DNA of 64,000 nt from Octopus vulgaris (lineage: Eukaryota), in contig OX597832.1 of assembly GCA_951406725.2 (NCBI GenBank), forward strand, positions 12,462,001 through 12,526,000. The letters run 5' to 3'. The notes beneath the pieces were generated by a model that did not search any database, was not told where the DNA came from, and was given only the letters and a program-made list of their open reading frames with translations. This document shows, piece by piece, positions 14,335-28,333 of the stretch. The position numbers and the translations under genes are program-made. Within the stretch, counting starts at the first letter, position 1. Every line of letters starts with the position of its first letter.

Positions 14335-14720
14335 TAAGGATTTCAAATCTTGGTACCACGCCAGCAAATTCGGGGTAGGGGTTAATCTGTTGCACCGACG
14401 TCAGCACTCAATTGTAGGTATTTTATCGGCCCTGAAAGGATGAAAGGTAGAGTCAGGCTCAGCGAAAATTTGAACTCGGAACATCATCACCATCAACAAT
14501 AACAACTACGTCCACCACCACTCTAGAATTGGTAGAATGCCTGTAATTTTGGTTTGGATAACCATCAACATCATTGATATAAGAACATCAGTTATCGACA
14601 TCAAATATATGAAAAAGAAAGATAACTTCGTCGTGATTTGAACCCAGATCTCCAGATCTCAAAGAGGCAACACATATATCGCAAAGCATTTTCCGAGAGA
14701 CTGTACCGAATCTGTCCACC
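14335..14720 (-). mobile_element. Two degenerate old SINE-B copies
   Basis: ttttatcggccctgaaaggatgaaagg...tttgaactc at 14420-14480, and a more decayed match at 14590-14720. Confidence 0.55.
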
Positions 14721-14770
14721 TAAATAGTAAGAAATACCGGCAGCCTATATTCACGGTACACTAGCACATT

Positions 14771-15168
14771 TTAATCCTTTCTACTATAGGCACAAGGCCT
14801 GAAACTTGGGGGAAAGGATTAAGTCGATTATATCGACCCAGTACTTAACTGGTGCTTACTTTATCGGCCTCGAAATGAAGAAAGGCAAAAATCGAACTCG
14901 GCGAAGTTTTAACTGAGAACGTTGCGAGAGACGAAATACTTATTTCTTTACTGCCCACAAGGGGCTAAACACAGAGAGGACAAACAAGGACAGACAAAGA
15001 TATTAAGTCGATTATATCGACTCCTGTGCATAACTGGTACTTAATTTATCGACCCCGATGGGATGAAAGGCAAAGTCGACCTCGGCAGAATTTGAACTCA
15101 GAACTTAGCGGCAGGCGAAATACTGTTAAGCATTTCACTCGGCGTGCTAAGTCTTCTGGCAGCTTGCC
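14771..15168 (-). mobile_element. SINE-B dimer: young-tail unit (14940-15168) joined to headless old-tail unit (14771-14939)
   Basis: Two core copies. The minus-strand junction reads aaagaaataa|gtatttcgtc. The distal unit ends in the old tail caggccttgtgcctatagtagaaaggatta. Confidence 0.88.
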
Positions 15169-15811
15169 GACTTGTCGCATCTAAATAATAATAAACATAT
15201 CTAACACAAGCACAAGTTTATCAAACTGCCCTTAACGACAGCGTGAGTGTTGTTATTGGAAAAAAAAAAATAATTTATTTGTGTTTGAATTTCAGAAAGT
15301 AAGACACATTACTAAATATAGTAAAGTACATACTTCAGTTGGACATTGATTCTCTGAAACACCTATGAAAGGAGGATGGTAATAAATTTCAAGAATAACT
15401 GCATAAATAAACACTTAAACGAAAAGATATTGTTGTGGCTTCGTCCTGTAATGAAGTAACACTTAAGAAGCCACTAACGGTTAGCAATAGGAAACAATTT
15501 TTGAATGACAGTAATAACTACGATTCACTGGCTTTCCTGGTAACAAAGGGACGTAGAGTTTTCAAGACACTTGATTATAGGAAATAAGAAAAAGGCATTG
15601 AAGATTTTGTGCGAATTAAATGTTCTGTAGAAATGAGATAGATACAGACACACACGGTGATACACATGCTCATGCGAGAACACACACACACCACACACAC
15701 GTGTGTGTATCTATATATATAGAAATATACATATACATATATATATATATATTAGTAAAAACGGTAAGATAACAAAGAAAGAATGATACCTCAATATTAT
15801 GTAAATAGAGG

Positions 15812-15869
<58 letters not shown>

Positions 15870-15922
15870 AATAATATAACCATTTATAAAATAAATAAAT
15901 TGTTTCTTATCAATAGTATAAC

Positions 15923-15975
15923 TGAGGCGGTGAGCTAGAAGACTCGTTAGCATGTCGGGCAAGATACTTTCAAAC
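15923..15975 (+). mobile_element. SINE-B head fragment
   Basis: gaggcggtgagctagaagactcgttagcatgtcgggcaagatactt matches the family head. Confidence 0.55.
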
Positions 15976-16137
15976 ATGAGATACGCGTTTTCTGAAATTG
16001 TTTAGAAAGTATATATATATTTATATATTTATAGATAATTTGAAATATTTTAAGAAACTGAAATACTATCATGTTCTAAAATGTCTGCAGAAGGATTACG
16101 CACATATGGAATAGTAGTAATTACTTAATCAAAAGTC

Positions 16138-16610
16138 TATCTTTTGATCGTCATTTCCGCTTGCAGTAGAGTACCTAACACCAGCGACATGTTTTGTCGA
16201 TATTTCTCTCCTCCTATCGCAGCGAATCCTATCTACTCTTGATTGGCATTGAGCTGATATAAATATATGGTCTCTTTATCTACATTTAAATCAATCTCAA
16301 TTTCACCAGCAATATATCAAACCGAAGAGAGCAGTCTTTGGAAAATCACAGATTGCACACTTGATGTGATCATCTTTTTATCGTGATTTCCGCTTGCAGC
16401 CGGGTACCTAACATGAGGGACATATTTTACATAATTTATTGATATATCCCTACCGCTATTTCACTGAGTTCTACCCTTGACTGACGTTGTGCTCATATAA
16501 ATATTTAGTCTCTTTATGTACATTTAGTGCGGTTGCAATTTCAGGCGTCATGTATGAAGTACACGGGGAAAATTCCTGGAGAAATCACAGACTGCACGCG
16601 TGATATGGCC
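16138..16610. repeat. Diverged tandem duplication, unit about 235 bp
   Basis: Colinear shared anchors atttccgcttgcag, gtacctaaca, atataaatat, gtctctttat and aaatcacaga. Confidence 0.85.
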
Positions 16611-16838
16611 AAGTTTTCGTAAATATGATGCAAATAAAGGGTGGATGAATGCTACTTATAGACTCAATATTTTCATATAGTATATGCAATCAATAACATA
16701 GAATAACGTGCCAAGCTTTTGTGGTTTTCTCATGAGAAATTGGAAAAAGTTAATCTGAATTTTAATTCAGTAAAATATGGTGACAGTGTCACTAGCTCAT
16801 TGTTTACGACACACTAGCACTTTCAGAACAACGTTTCT

Positions 16839-17072
16839 TATTTCTTTACTGCCCACAAGGGGCTACACACGGAGGGGACAAACAAGGACAGACAAACGGA
16901 TTAAGTCGATTATATCGACCTCAGTGCGTAACTGGTACTTAATTTATCGACCCCGAAAGGATGAAAGGCAAAGTCGACCTCAGCGGAATTTGAACTCAGA
17001 ACGTAACGACGGACGAAATGCCGCTAAGCATTTCACCCGGCGCGCTTCCGATTCTGCCAGGTCCCCCTGCCT
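16839..17072 (-). mobile_element. SINE family B, young subfamily
   Basis: Reverse complement matches 23152-23372, including the tail. Confidence 0.9.
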
Positions 17073-18382
17073 TTACCAGTCCTCCCACCTTTGCCAACTC
17101 ACCCCACCTTTGCCAGCTCCCCCGCCTTTCTGCCCAACACTAACTTCGAAGGAAGTAAATACTGAAATACTTCGCTAAAGTTGAGATCAATACGAAATGG
17201 CCATATATATATTTATATGCAACGAAAGTGTTTTCTTCTTTGCTGTTTATATGCTATCAATTCACCACTTCTAGTTAAGAAATCTCATGATATCTAGTGG
17301 TAAATAGTTATAATAGTAAAGATTGTCTTACCAATGTAAGCAGACTGTAGCTTCTAGGATAGAGAAAATTTTTGTCGCTAGATCGTGTCGAGTAAATAGA
17401 TATATCAGTAAAATTAGAGCATATCGCAGTCAGTAGCCCAGTACATAAATATTCTATTAACGAATGAGTCTCGCAAATATCTACCGAAATAAACGCCGCG
17501 TCTGCCACCCTGGTGTGAACAAGCTTAGAAGAAAGAAAGAAAAAGCATTGTGCGAGACGTGCATAAACATAAAAATATTATTATCACAAAAAACTTACAA
17601 GCACAAATGAAAAGAGAGATTATTTTTCTTTCGTACAGAATACTGTAAAATCAGTTAGTTTTCTTAGTGAGACACCCCAAGTTTATAGTATTGCCGTTGG
17701 TTAGTGGTAATATATTATATTCAGATAACTTCGTTTACTTGAGATACAGAGGTTGGAAATTAAATCTATTGATCATACACTATCTAATTAACTGTGACAG
17801 AATTCAAAATACACATATTTTGTTCGAGTATAAAACACGTTTTTGTCTAACTTGTCAGCGATTCAAATTAGCGTTTATACAAATATTGCTCAGTAAACTA
17901 GATGGAGATTCAGATTGTAAATAATGTGCTCAAACACAGCGGTGGTTATTAGAACATATGGTCATACAGCTTTTCTTTATTGTTGTTGTTGTTGTTGTTA
18001 TTATCATTATTTTTTTTTTTGTTCTTTCCTCTAAGCAGAATGACACTCGCAAAATATATGGTAATTGAATCACTGAATTGAAGCACAAAAGGAAAATTAA
18101 GGGAATGATAAATTCATTTTGACCGAATACACAGACACACACACACACACACACACACACATATTTGTTGCTGAACAAAAACTTGCGCGGGGAAATGGAA
18201 ATAGAGTGAACTCGTCAGACGAGAAGCGAAGCTAATTGTCCCCACATCGTTTAAGCAGGAGTCCAGTTGTCGCTTCAACGTGACAGTCAGACAGAATTAA
18301 CAGTTATTCTGAAAATTCGTCATCACTGTCAGAGTTTCAGTGCAATTGTATTGTTGCTAAACGCAGATGCTCATCGATAACC

Positions 18383-18625
18383 GTGGTCATCCTCCATATT
18401 CTTCATAACCATAAAGGTGTGGGAGATTTTCTATTTTCATTCTCACAGACACCACCTGAACATTTCCGTCGTCATCTTTATAACCATAATATTTATGTTG
18501 ACCATTACAACGATAGTGACGGCAACGATAATTATAACGTTGATTATGATGACAATGATTATGATCATCATCGACAGTATCATAATCATCATCATTATCA
18601 TGATTATCGTGATGATTCATCAACG
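18383..18625. repeat. Degenerate (ATC/GAT)n low-complexity tract
   Basis: Seen directly. Confidence 0.8.
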
Positions 18626-18989
18626 GTGGTATTTTCACTTTCATCTTTGACAACAAAATTTACAGCTTCATCAACAAGGTATAATCAGTGACTTCATTAA
18701 AAGCTTCATCGCAATATTTATGTATTTATTCTAGCGCCCTGTGTCATACCAACATACGCAAACACACATATTACATGCGTATGCATATATGCTTGAGTGT
18801 ATGTGTGTAAATACATGCATACAAAGACACAGGCACTGGCTTTACTAATCTTTCATTCTCTCTTTCTCTGTATATACAGTCACTCACTTCTACTGATACG
18901 TGCAATGATCGATCGGTGTTATATTATCAGACACAAGCAGTGTGATTGAACCAGGAACCATGCGGCTTCGATGCCAAAACAACTCCATT

Positions 18990-19004
18990 ATATATCTATA
19001 TCGA

Positions 19005-19069
<65 letters not shown>

Positions 19070-19082
19070 CTCTATCTATCTC

Positions 19083-19172
<90 letters not shown>

Positions 19173-19173
19173 G

Positions 19174-19237
<64 letters not shown>

Positions 19238-19271
19238 CTCTCTCTCTCTTCTCTCTCTATCTAGCTATATA

Positions 19272-19324
<53 letters not shown>

Positions 19325-19326
19325 CA

Positions 19327-19361
<35 letters not shown>

Positions 19362-19370
19362 TCTATCTAC
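18990..19370. repeat. (TATC)n/(TGTC)n/(TC)n microsatellite
   Basis: Seen directly. Confidence 0.97.
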
Positions 19371-20210
19371 ATGCACACATACACACACATATATGTGTAC
19401 GTAGGTGTAATCTCAGTTGTGCTACATCAACATCTCTTTCTTCCTACATCATATTTCGGGATCTCTAACATCTCTCCATCTATCTCTCTCCCCCTCGCTC
19501 TCTCTCTTTCTCTCTCATTCTCTCTCCTGCACTCTGCCTTCCATGTGTTCATATTTAACAAGATCTAGTTCATATCTATGCTAAATACCACTTACTCCTA
19601 ATGTTTTTCTATGCTTTAATTGACTGCAGCTGCTCCTGATAACTGACTTGTATGATGTTGACGATGTATCCGTTGTTATTGTTGTTGTTGTTGGTGTTGT
19701 TGTTTGCATTGTTGTTGCTGTAGGTGATTATGAACATCACGATGGTGATGATGTTGACGATGATGCTGACTATAACGTTTCTTGGGGAAGATGGTGTTAA
19801 TGTTTTGTCAGAGTTTGTTGCTATGCGCGGCCTATATTTAAAATAGCTTCCTTCCTCAGTCTCTACCTGGCTGGCATAAAATAGAATAAGAATTATATAA
19901 TGCATCGACTTACACATACACACACACACAAACACAGAGAAACAGATATACTCGCGCAAAATGCATGCATGTACATGTATGTGTATATTCGTAATATATT
20001 TATATCTATAACTAAAAATATATATATATATAGATTATATGTATATCTCTGCTTATATATATATATATATATAGATTATATATATATATATATATATATA
20101 AATATATCAATATCTGTACCTATCTATTTGTCTCTCTCTTTATCTCTCTCTCTATCTATCTATCTCTGCGTGTATATGTATGTATATATTCATATATATA
20201 GACATGTATG

Positions 20211-20247
<37 letters not shown>

Positions 20248-21378
20248 TCATATAAATATATACATGTATAATAAATATATACATGTATAATAAATGCAAA
20301 CATTTATATCATATATCTATATATATATGTATGTATACATATATACACATACATATATACATGCATACACGCACGCACACACGTATACATATGTATGTAT
20401 GTAAACATGTATCTTTTATTCATATGTACATATACACGAACATCAGTCTATGCGAATATATTTATGTATGCCTCTGTTCCATGTTGTGTTTATGCATCAA
20501 CATCTATGCTTTGTGTTATTATAGATGGCGAACTAGTGTTATAAAAATATGAATAACTTTGTGTCACATCGCGTAAATATGGAATGATGTCTATAGAACA
20601 TTATTAGCAGGTAATTTTACCTACAGCATTAGTAACGATGTACTGCAATTAGCAAAGAGGAAGATAGCGATACCGTTTGAGAGTAAAGATATATATATAC
20701 AATGAAAGATATATATAAAAATATATGTATAAAAATCACTCTCTATATAAATACGTGTAGATAGTATATACATACACATACACACACACACATATATATA
20801 TATAATATGTTTATATTCATGCATATATGTGTAGATATACTTACGCATTTATGTATGAAACAGTAATATAAAGTGACATATATAATAATAACGAAGTCAG
20901 ATATCAAACCAGAACAATACATATAATGAAATTACAAATAAAAAAAAAGCAAGGAAGGTAAATATAAATAATGAACAATAAACCGTGAATAAATATATAA
21001 ATAAGTATTACAAATAACAAATATTGTTATTGTTCGAGTTCTGGGTTGATAAACGTTGGTGTAATTTTTTTTTTCTCTTTTTTTATGCTATCTTGCAATT
21101 TTAGCGTTTATTTTGAGGAACCTATTGTGGTTGCTTGCTATTGCTGTTGATTTCACTTAGATTATCGGTTCATTATTCAGACTCTGCGCATGCGCAAACG
21201 TGTGTGTATATCTATCTGATAGTGTTATGTATGAAATTATAACTACACATGCTTGCAAACAAATATACGCACATACGAATACACCCAAGCATGTATACGT
21301 GCATATACATAGATAAGTATAAATATATGTATGTATACATATACATACATAAGCATAAATATATGAATATACACACAT

Positions 21379-21745
<367 letters not shown>

Positions 21746-23151
21746 GAGAAAGATGAGCTAGAGATTTAGACAAACAGAATGATAGGCATTCAGTCAGGAC
21801 GACATACAAATGTTTAAATAGATAGCTTGTTGGGGAGCTAAACAGAGTTGAATGGCGGAGTAGGAACACGGAAGATATTTTACAATGATAGAAATAATAT
21901 ATATGGCGAAATATAAGCGAATTCCTAATTATACACATGTATATTAACAATGTTTTATTAGTTGTGTAAAATATAGTTCTTAAGTGGGAATAGAGTACAC
22001 GAATGAATTCTCTTTCCATTTATCTTACACATCAATTGATATAGATGTTTGTTTAATGTTCTTAGTTATTTTTGCTTATTGATATGTTTTTATTGAATGG
22101 CGTATATGTGTGTGTTTCTATATTTCTGTTTTTGCGTTGAAGCATTTCTCAATTTGTACAACCATGTATGTGGTTGTTTTTTTCTCCATCAAATATCTGT
22201 ATGGGTAATAAACAAATATTATTTTAATTTGATCAAAACAGTTCCATAAGTGTATATATATGTATGCATTTATCTATGTATACAAAATGAGATTATAGAT
22301 CTATCTCTCTAAGTATGTGAGCTTTCATTGCCGTGTTCCAATAAACAATAAACCTTACTGGTAAAGTATACAAATACATACATATATACATACATACATG
22401 CATACAAATACAGTCACACACTTCTATGCATAGTGTCTTTCTCAATTGATATTCACTGTGAATTCACAGAAATTTAAAGCATTTCTGAGAACATACCTGT
22501 GTGTGCGTGCATACGTGTTTACGCACGTATGTGTATGTGCAGACAAACACATACGTGTGCATACACACATATACCTGTAAAAGAAATACTTCTTAGTTCT
22601 GCATTCATTCAGGTTTCATACTATGTATTTATGCGAGCCTATATCATTAACTATCTATTACTTCTTGGAAACAAAGAAAGCTTGTTAAAATTATATATAG
22701 GACATAGCTCACATATAGAATTCTGTACTCAAATACACATGAACCATTCTTTCAAGAACATTCTTATCTTGAACATAATGCAGCTGTTTACTTTTTTTTT
22801 TTTATTTCTTACTATTGTTAAGTTGGTTGGTGATCATCTTTCTGAATCTTTACCGTTCGTATTAGTGTTCCTAAAACAACATCAAATATTCTGCTACCGA
22901 AGTAAACAGATATGCAAAGGGAAAGTATAATGAAAAAAAAATGAAGACGAAGTCTTTTAAAACAATTTATTTTATTGCCAAAAGCGCAACGCATGCTCAA
23001 AAAAAGAACTGAAACGACGTTCTAAATAAATAATACATGTCACTATCTTACATGGGACGTAATAAATCATATTCCAAAGCAATTATAGACGAATGGTATT
23101 AAAGAACGTTCAATATACGTCCATATTCGTGTTAATATACATTCATATATT

Positions 23152-23372
23152 AAGGCGGTGAGCTGGCAGAAACGTTAGCACGCCGGGCGAAATGCATAGC
23201 CGTATTTCGTCTGCCGTTACGTTCTGGGTTCAAATTCTCCCGGGGTCGACTTTGCTTTTCATCCTTTCGGGGTCGATAAATTAAGTACCAGTCACGCACT
23301 GGGGTCGATGTAATCGAATTAATCCGTTTGTCTGTCCTTGTTTGTTCCCTCAGTGGGGGGAGTAAAGAAATA
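23152..23372 (+). mobile_element. SINE family B, young subfamily, full length
   Basis: Head ggcggtgagctggcagaaacg, B box gggttcaaattc, core gtcgactttgcttttcatcctttcggggtcgataaattaagtaccag, tail ending ...agtaaagaaata. Several copies in the window. Confidence 0.9.
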
Positions 23373-23432
23373 TATATATTCATATATATATTGAGAGATA
23401 GATAGCTAAAAAGATAGGACAGATAGATAGAT

Positions 23433-23969
23433 ATGTTTCTTTATTAGCCACACAGGCCTGCACACAGATAGAACAAATTACAAGGTAGAGCTTTTCTTTT
23501 GAAGGTTTAAAAAAAAAAAAAGAAGGGGGAATTTCGATCAAAAGGGATCGTAAAAGGAGAGAAAGAGGACAAAAAAGGGGGTTAAAAAAAAGGGGAGAGA
23601 AAAAAAAAAAAAAAAAAAAATTGATCAATAGGGATCGTTATCACAGAAATGTCAATATGAAGTGTAAAGGGGAGGACAGGTGAGGTTTACCCGTGGAAAG
23701 AAAAGCCTACGGAAAAGACCACGGTAACCTCGGTCAATGAAGTCACATTTTATATTTCTTTTTTTTTTTTTTTTTTTTGCAAATAAGCAACTCTCTGTTT
23801 TCGATTTCTGGGTTCATAGGACTATGCTCAAGGTGGCTTCGTCATTCATACGTGCCATTCTTGCTACATTCACCCATCTTTTTTTAAAACATTCGCTAGA
23901 CAAAACTTGCCTCTCTACTCTCACTTTCCTTTTCAAGTGGTACTTGAAGAAGTTGATGAGAGATTGACC

Positions 23970-23972
<3 letters not shown>
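23433..23972 (-). mobile_element. 5'-truncated non-LTR retrotransposon, Tx1/L1-like, inside a (GATA)n tract
   Basis: On the minus strand: ORF2-like C-terminus, about 380 bp of pyrimidine-rich 3' UTR, and the end ...gtggctaataaagaaaca. GATA repeats flank both sides. The clade is inferred from the motif. Confidence 0.7.
23814..23972 (-). pseudogene. C-terminal remnant of LINE ORF2 (SGQSLINFFKYHLKRKVRVERQVLSSECFKKRWVNVARMARMNDEATLSIVL*)
   Basis: The F..xL..+V..E.......F...W pattern is typical of Tx1-clade ORF2 ends. The upstream part of listed ORF 23814..24038 is microsatellite. Confidence 0.65.
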
Positions 23973-24000
<28 letters not shown>

Positions 24001-26140
24001 GAGAGAGATGTGTTTGTGATTGTGTGTGTGTGACTCATTAAAGTCAGCGGCCATACAATACTGTGTACAGAACCACGGTTCTTCTATTTCTCATGGACAC
24101 AGGTAGTTCCTGCAGCAATCATAGACAAATTAAAACTTTCATGCACCGAACGCTGTGGTTACGTAGATGATTGATACATATTCAGAAACGAACAGGCACA
24201 GCAGGTTAAGTCATTAAAGAACCATGAGAATAAGAATGTAAGCATGGTGTACCAGATTAATGGGAGTGAGTGACTGACACCTAGCTTTTGTTTAGCTTAA
24301 GTGAAAGGAAATCTTAGATGTAAAACCTGCGATTCGATTACAGCGACAGTTATTAACAAGTTCTTTTTGGCGTATCTATCATCGTCGTTCACAGAGTGGG
24401 ATTTTTCATGCGCAAAGCTTCTCCTTACTTCAAAAAGCATCATTAATATGATCATTTGACGTACAAACATCAACTTGGGAGCAGCAATCATTTATGTAGA
24501 GTTATTATCTGTGTGTATGTGTACGGTTTAAAGAAATCGATATCAAATTGCACTGTTTCCCTTACGAACCAAGAATAAAACACTCGAGCACATGATTCTA
24601 GATTAGGTGAACTGTGACAATCAGGAAACATATTGTTGATTGCTGGGCAGCCTGCAATAACGGGTCTTACGAATGAAACTACACTGTATGAAGCAAATTA
24701 TGAGGAATTAGGAAAGACAAAAGACGAACAATATATTAAATGTTCAACTGACGACGCTGTAACAAAGATCGAAACAAGTTGTATGATTATTTGACTATAA
24801 TTACTTATAAATTTGTCGCTTAAGTACCAGGAATGGTTTTCAAAATGAAGCTGCTTATATAACTTTCACAAAATGCCATTTTTGAGATTCACTACCACAC
24901 TGTGTTTGTGCTGCATTCAGTTCAAAAATTTATAGTATGTGTGTGTGTGTGCGTGTGTGTGTGTGTGTGTGTATGTGTGTGTTTGTGCTAGTGTGTGTGT
25001 TTAATCACATTTCACTTATCAAACGTCATGGAAATTTATGAGTATAGCATATCCACACTTAGTCATACATTCTTATTTTTCATGTGGAGCAAATCAAGGA
25101 TCCTCGTCTTTTAAAATGTAATGTACAATTTTAAGGATATCTATTTGGCTGTTATATCATATAAATCGCGCAAGGATTTCGAAGAACAATCACTGTCACA
25201 AACTGTAAAGATAGATTGCTCGAGATTGTTTCACGGTTTGACTTCTATGTTTAAAAGCGTGGTATACAGAACCGTTTCATTCATTTTAAATATGGGACGA
25301 CATTAATCACTGTGGTCTTCTCATTTCTACATGGTACTGCCAAGATTTATGAGTGGTATCTCTCATACGTATAAAAGCTTCGCAATGGGGCCCGAATATC
25401 AATGAGTTGTAGAGATGTTACCAAGGAGCATTTTCAGGATTCTCTTAGATTTCACATCTATTTGCTTCGTTTATTTTCCATCCACTGTATATTACATGAT
25501 TATATTTTCACTATTTCTTTCGAACCACCATCAATCTAGCTAATGGGTTTCCTTTCTCGCAAACCTTTACAATCTATTTCTTCTCACAGCACAAGGTTGG
25601 AAAAATTTATTTTATGGATTCTTTGTCAACCAGCCTGCTAATTGGAGCTGAATTGCGTACATTTTAATAGTTGTTTTTTTATAGTTGTTAATACTATTTG
25701 TTTGTACCTTAAAAGAAGTTTGTTTCAGTTCGTTCTAAGATATGTATGGTTTCTAGCATTTATGTTATATGTATTTGTAATTTTTATTTATTCTTAGTGT
25801 TTTATTTGCAATTGCCAGCATTTGTATGAAGTTATTGATAATTTCTTTCCTAAATATGTTATTGAATCTACATGCCTATATTATTGTGGTTGTAGCTATA
25901 TACTTGCCTGGGTTGAAGGAGACTTCTGCGTATATGTAGCGTAAGGTATGATTGTTGTGTTTCATCAAAACTGAAAAAGAGATGGTATACGTAGATAGTA
26001 ATATGTAAGGCTTTACATCGTCTTACATCTCAATAATTTAAAGAATTTCAGTTCAGTATACATCTGCGAATATATGCATAAATAAACATAATCTAAAAAC
26101 TATATATCTCTATACATTTACACACACATACATGTATGTA

Positions 26141-26210
<70 letters not shown>

Positions 26211-26393
26211 CATTTATACATATATATATATATATATATTTATATATATTATTAATAATAATAGTAGTGAGTATAAACTAACAGGTAAAAATTCAATTTA
26301 GCAATTCTAAATTATATATATATATATATATATATATAAACGTAAATGCATATGTCGGCACACACATATACATATAAATACATGTATACACAG

Positions 26394-26438
<45 letters not shown>

Positions 26439-26754
26439 CATAGGTACATGTGTGTGCATTTATGCAGGTATAATTGCATACAGTATACCATACAATAAAG
26501 CGTATATGTGCTGGGGATGCGTCTATATACCACACGTTGAATTCCAGTTACCGGTGGTTTCACTTTACTTCTGTCTCCCTACGCTATTCAGAATGATATA
26601 AACGTCACAGAGTTTCTTCATTCGATTACTATAAATGTAATTCTTTTCTCTGTGAAATAAAGGAAATAAATCAATAGTGTGTACACATAACCAATACCAA
26701 CTCTGAAAAGACTGCGATATCTGTAATAGTAAGAGATACATAAGTCTATATGTA

Positions 26755-26793
<39 letters not shown>

Positions 26794-26853
26794 ATATAGG
26801 TGTGCGTGTGTATAAGCGTATATACCTACATTTATACCTATGTGTGTGTGCCT

Positions 26854-26905
<52 letters not shown>

Positions 26906-28092
26906 GTATGTATATATATATGTATATGTATATATATATATATGTATATATGTACATATAGGCATATAAATACGTGTGTTAATCAAATATATAAACATAA
27001 AACGTTATATAACTACAGAACGATTGACGCACACATTCATATGTGTGTACCTAAGTATATATACATATAATTGTACTAACATACATACACAATTCATATA
27101 TATATACATACACACATAGGAACAAAAAAAACACACACACATATATATACGGGTGATATCTCTGCATCTGGACATGTATATATGTATATATCTGCATGTG
27201 CGTATGCATGTGTGCATATGATCATTGGATTATATACGCCCTATATCACTGAAATGGAGTCTAATATATTAATACCAAAACTTATATAACTGCGGAAAGA
27301 AGCAAGTAGAAAAAAGAAACAGGAAAACAACTCGTTGCTTCGATAGTATTTCGTACACTTTTTGCATTTTCCGCTGTGAAATCTCAAGTAAAGTACATTC
27401 TGTATAGGAACATAAATTGAAACCTAAAATAAATGCCATTCTCCATTTATTTATATTTTCTCTTGAAAGCATTTGAATCTTTCGAAATATCTAACCACAT
27501 GACTATTAATACGTTCCAGTCTTTACGGTAATGCTAAGCGAACAGTCTTGCCTCTGCGTTCCTCTGTATTTTCATTACGATCGACCAAATCAAATCGGGA
27601 AATATCTCTTGTCAGATTCAAGGATATATCATTCTGCTTGTGGGAAATAAGGAAGCTACCAATTTCATAGGAATTTGGCTGATAAATCGTGATAACTTCA
27701 ACTGTAAATTTAATGGACTGGGCCATATATTTTAATAACAATCGTGAATCTGGTATATTTCAGAAAATTAGTGTAACATTTATTCTTAAATAGATTTTGT
27801 GGCTTTGAAATATCCATATTTCCTCCTGCTGAAGATATACACACGTATGTATGAATGTCTCTACGCGTGCGTGGGTTTATGTACGACTAAATACGTGTCT
27901 AGATATATAAACGGTCTTGTTCTGGCTTTTGTTTTGCACAATTTGAATGTAACAGAGAACGAGTCATCTTTAAAAGGGAGAAAGTATTTTCTTTAATTGC
28001 TGAGAATTGCTGAGAAAGGAACGATACTCGTAGGCCTCCTAATTCAAGTGATATTATGCCGTTACTGTTTCGCTTATATCATAAAAACAAAC

Positions 28093-28333
28093 CCACCATC
28101 GGTCAAGCGATGTTGGCGGGACAAGCACAGACACACAAGCATATACACATACACATATATACATATATACGACGGGCTTCTTTCAGTTTCCATCTACCAA
28201 ATCCACTCACACGGCTTTGGTTGGCTCAAGGCTATAGTAGAAAACACATGCCCAACGTGCCACGCAATGGGACTGAACCCGGAAGCATGTGGTTAGTAAG
28301 CAAGCTACTTACCACACAGCCACTCCTACGCCT
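28093..28333 (-). mobile_element. SINE family C, 3'-truncated
   Basis: Head and body match. The copy ends shortly after the microsatellite. Confidence 0.88.

Noticed and set aside
16777-17178. Recurrent peptide WYLIYRPRKDERQSRP in several ORFs
   Set aside because: Antisense translation of the SINE-B core.
18383-18691. His/Asp-rich ORFs
   Set aside because: Degenerate trinucleotide tract that is open in several frames on both strands.
18942-19568. 208-aa ORF (IYLS)n
   Set aside because: Translation of (TATC)n.
24618-24793. 58-codon open frame (..AGQPAITGLTNETTLYEANYEELGK..) overlapping CTGACGA...GAAAC
   Set aside because: No start codon or convincing splice sites, no recognised domain, and the hammerhead stem II does not pair.
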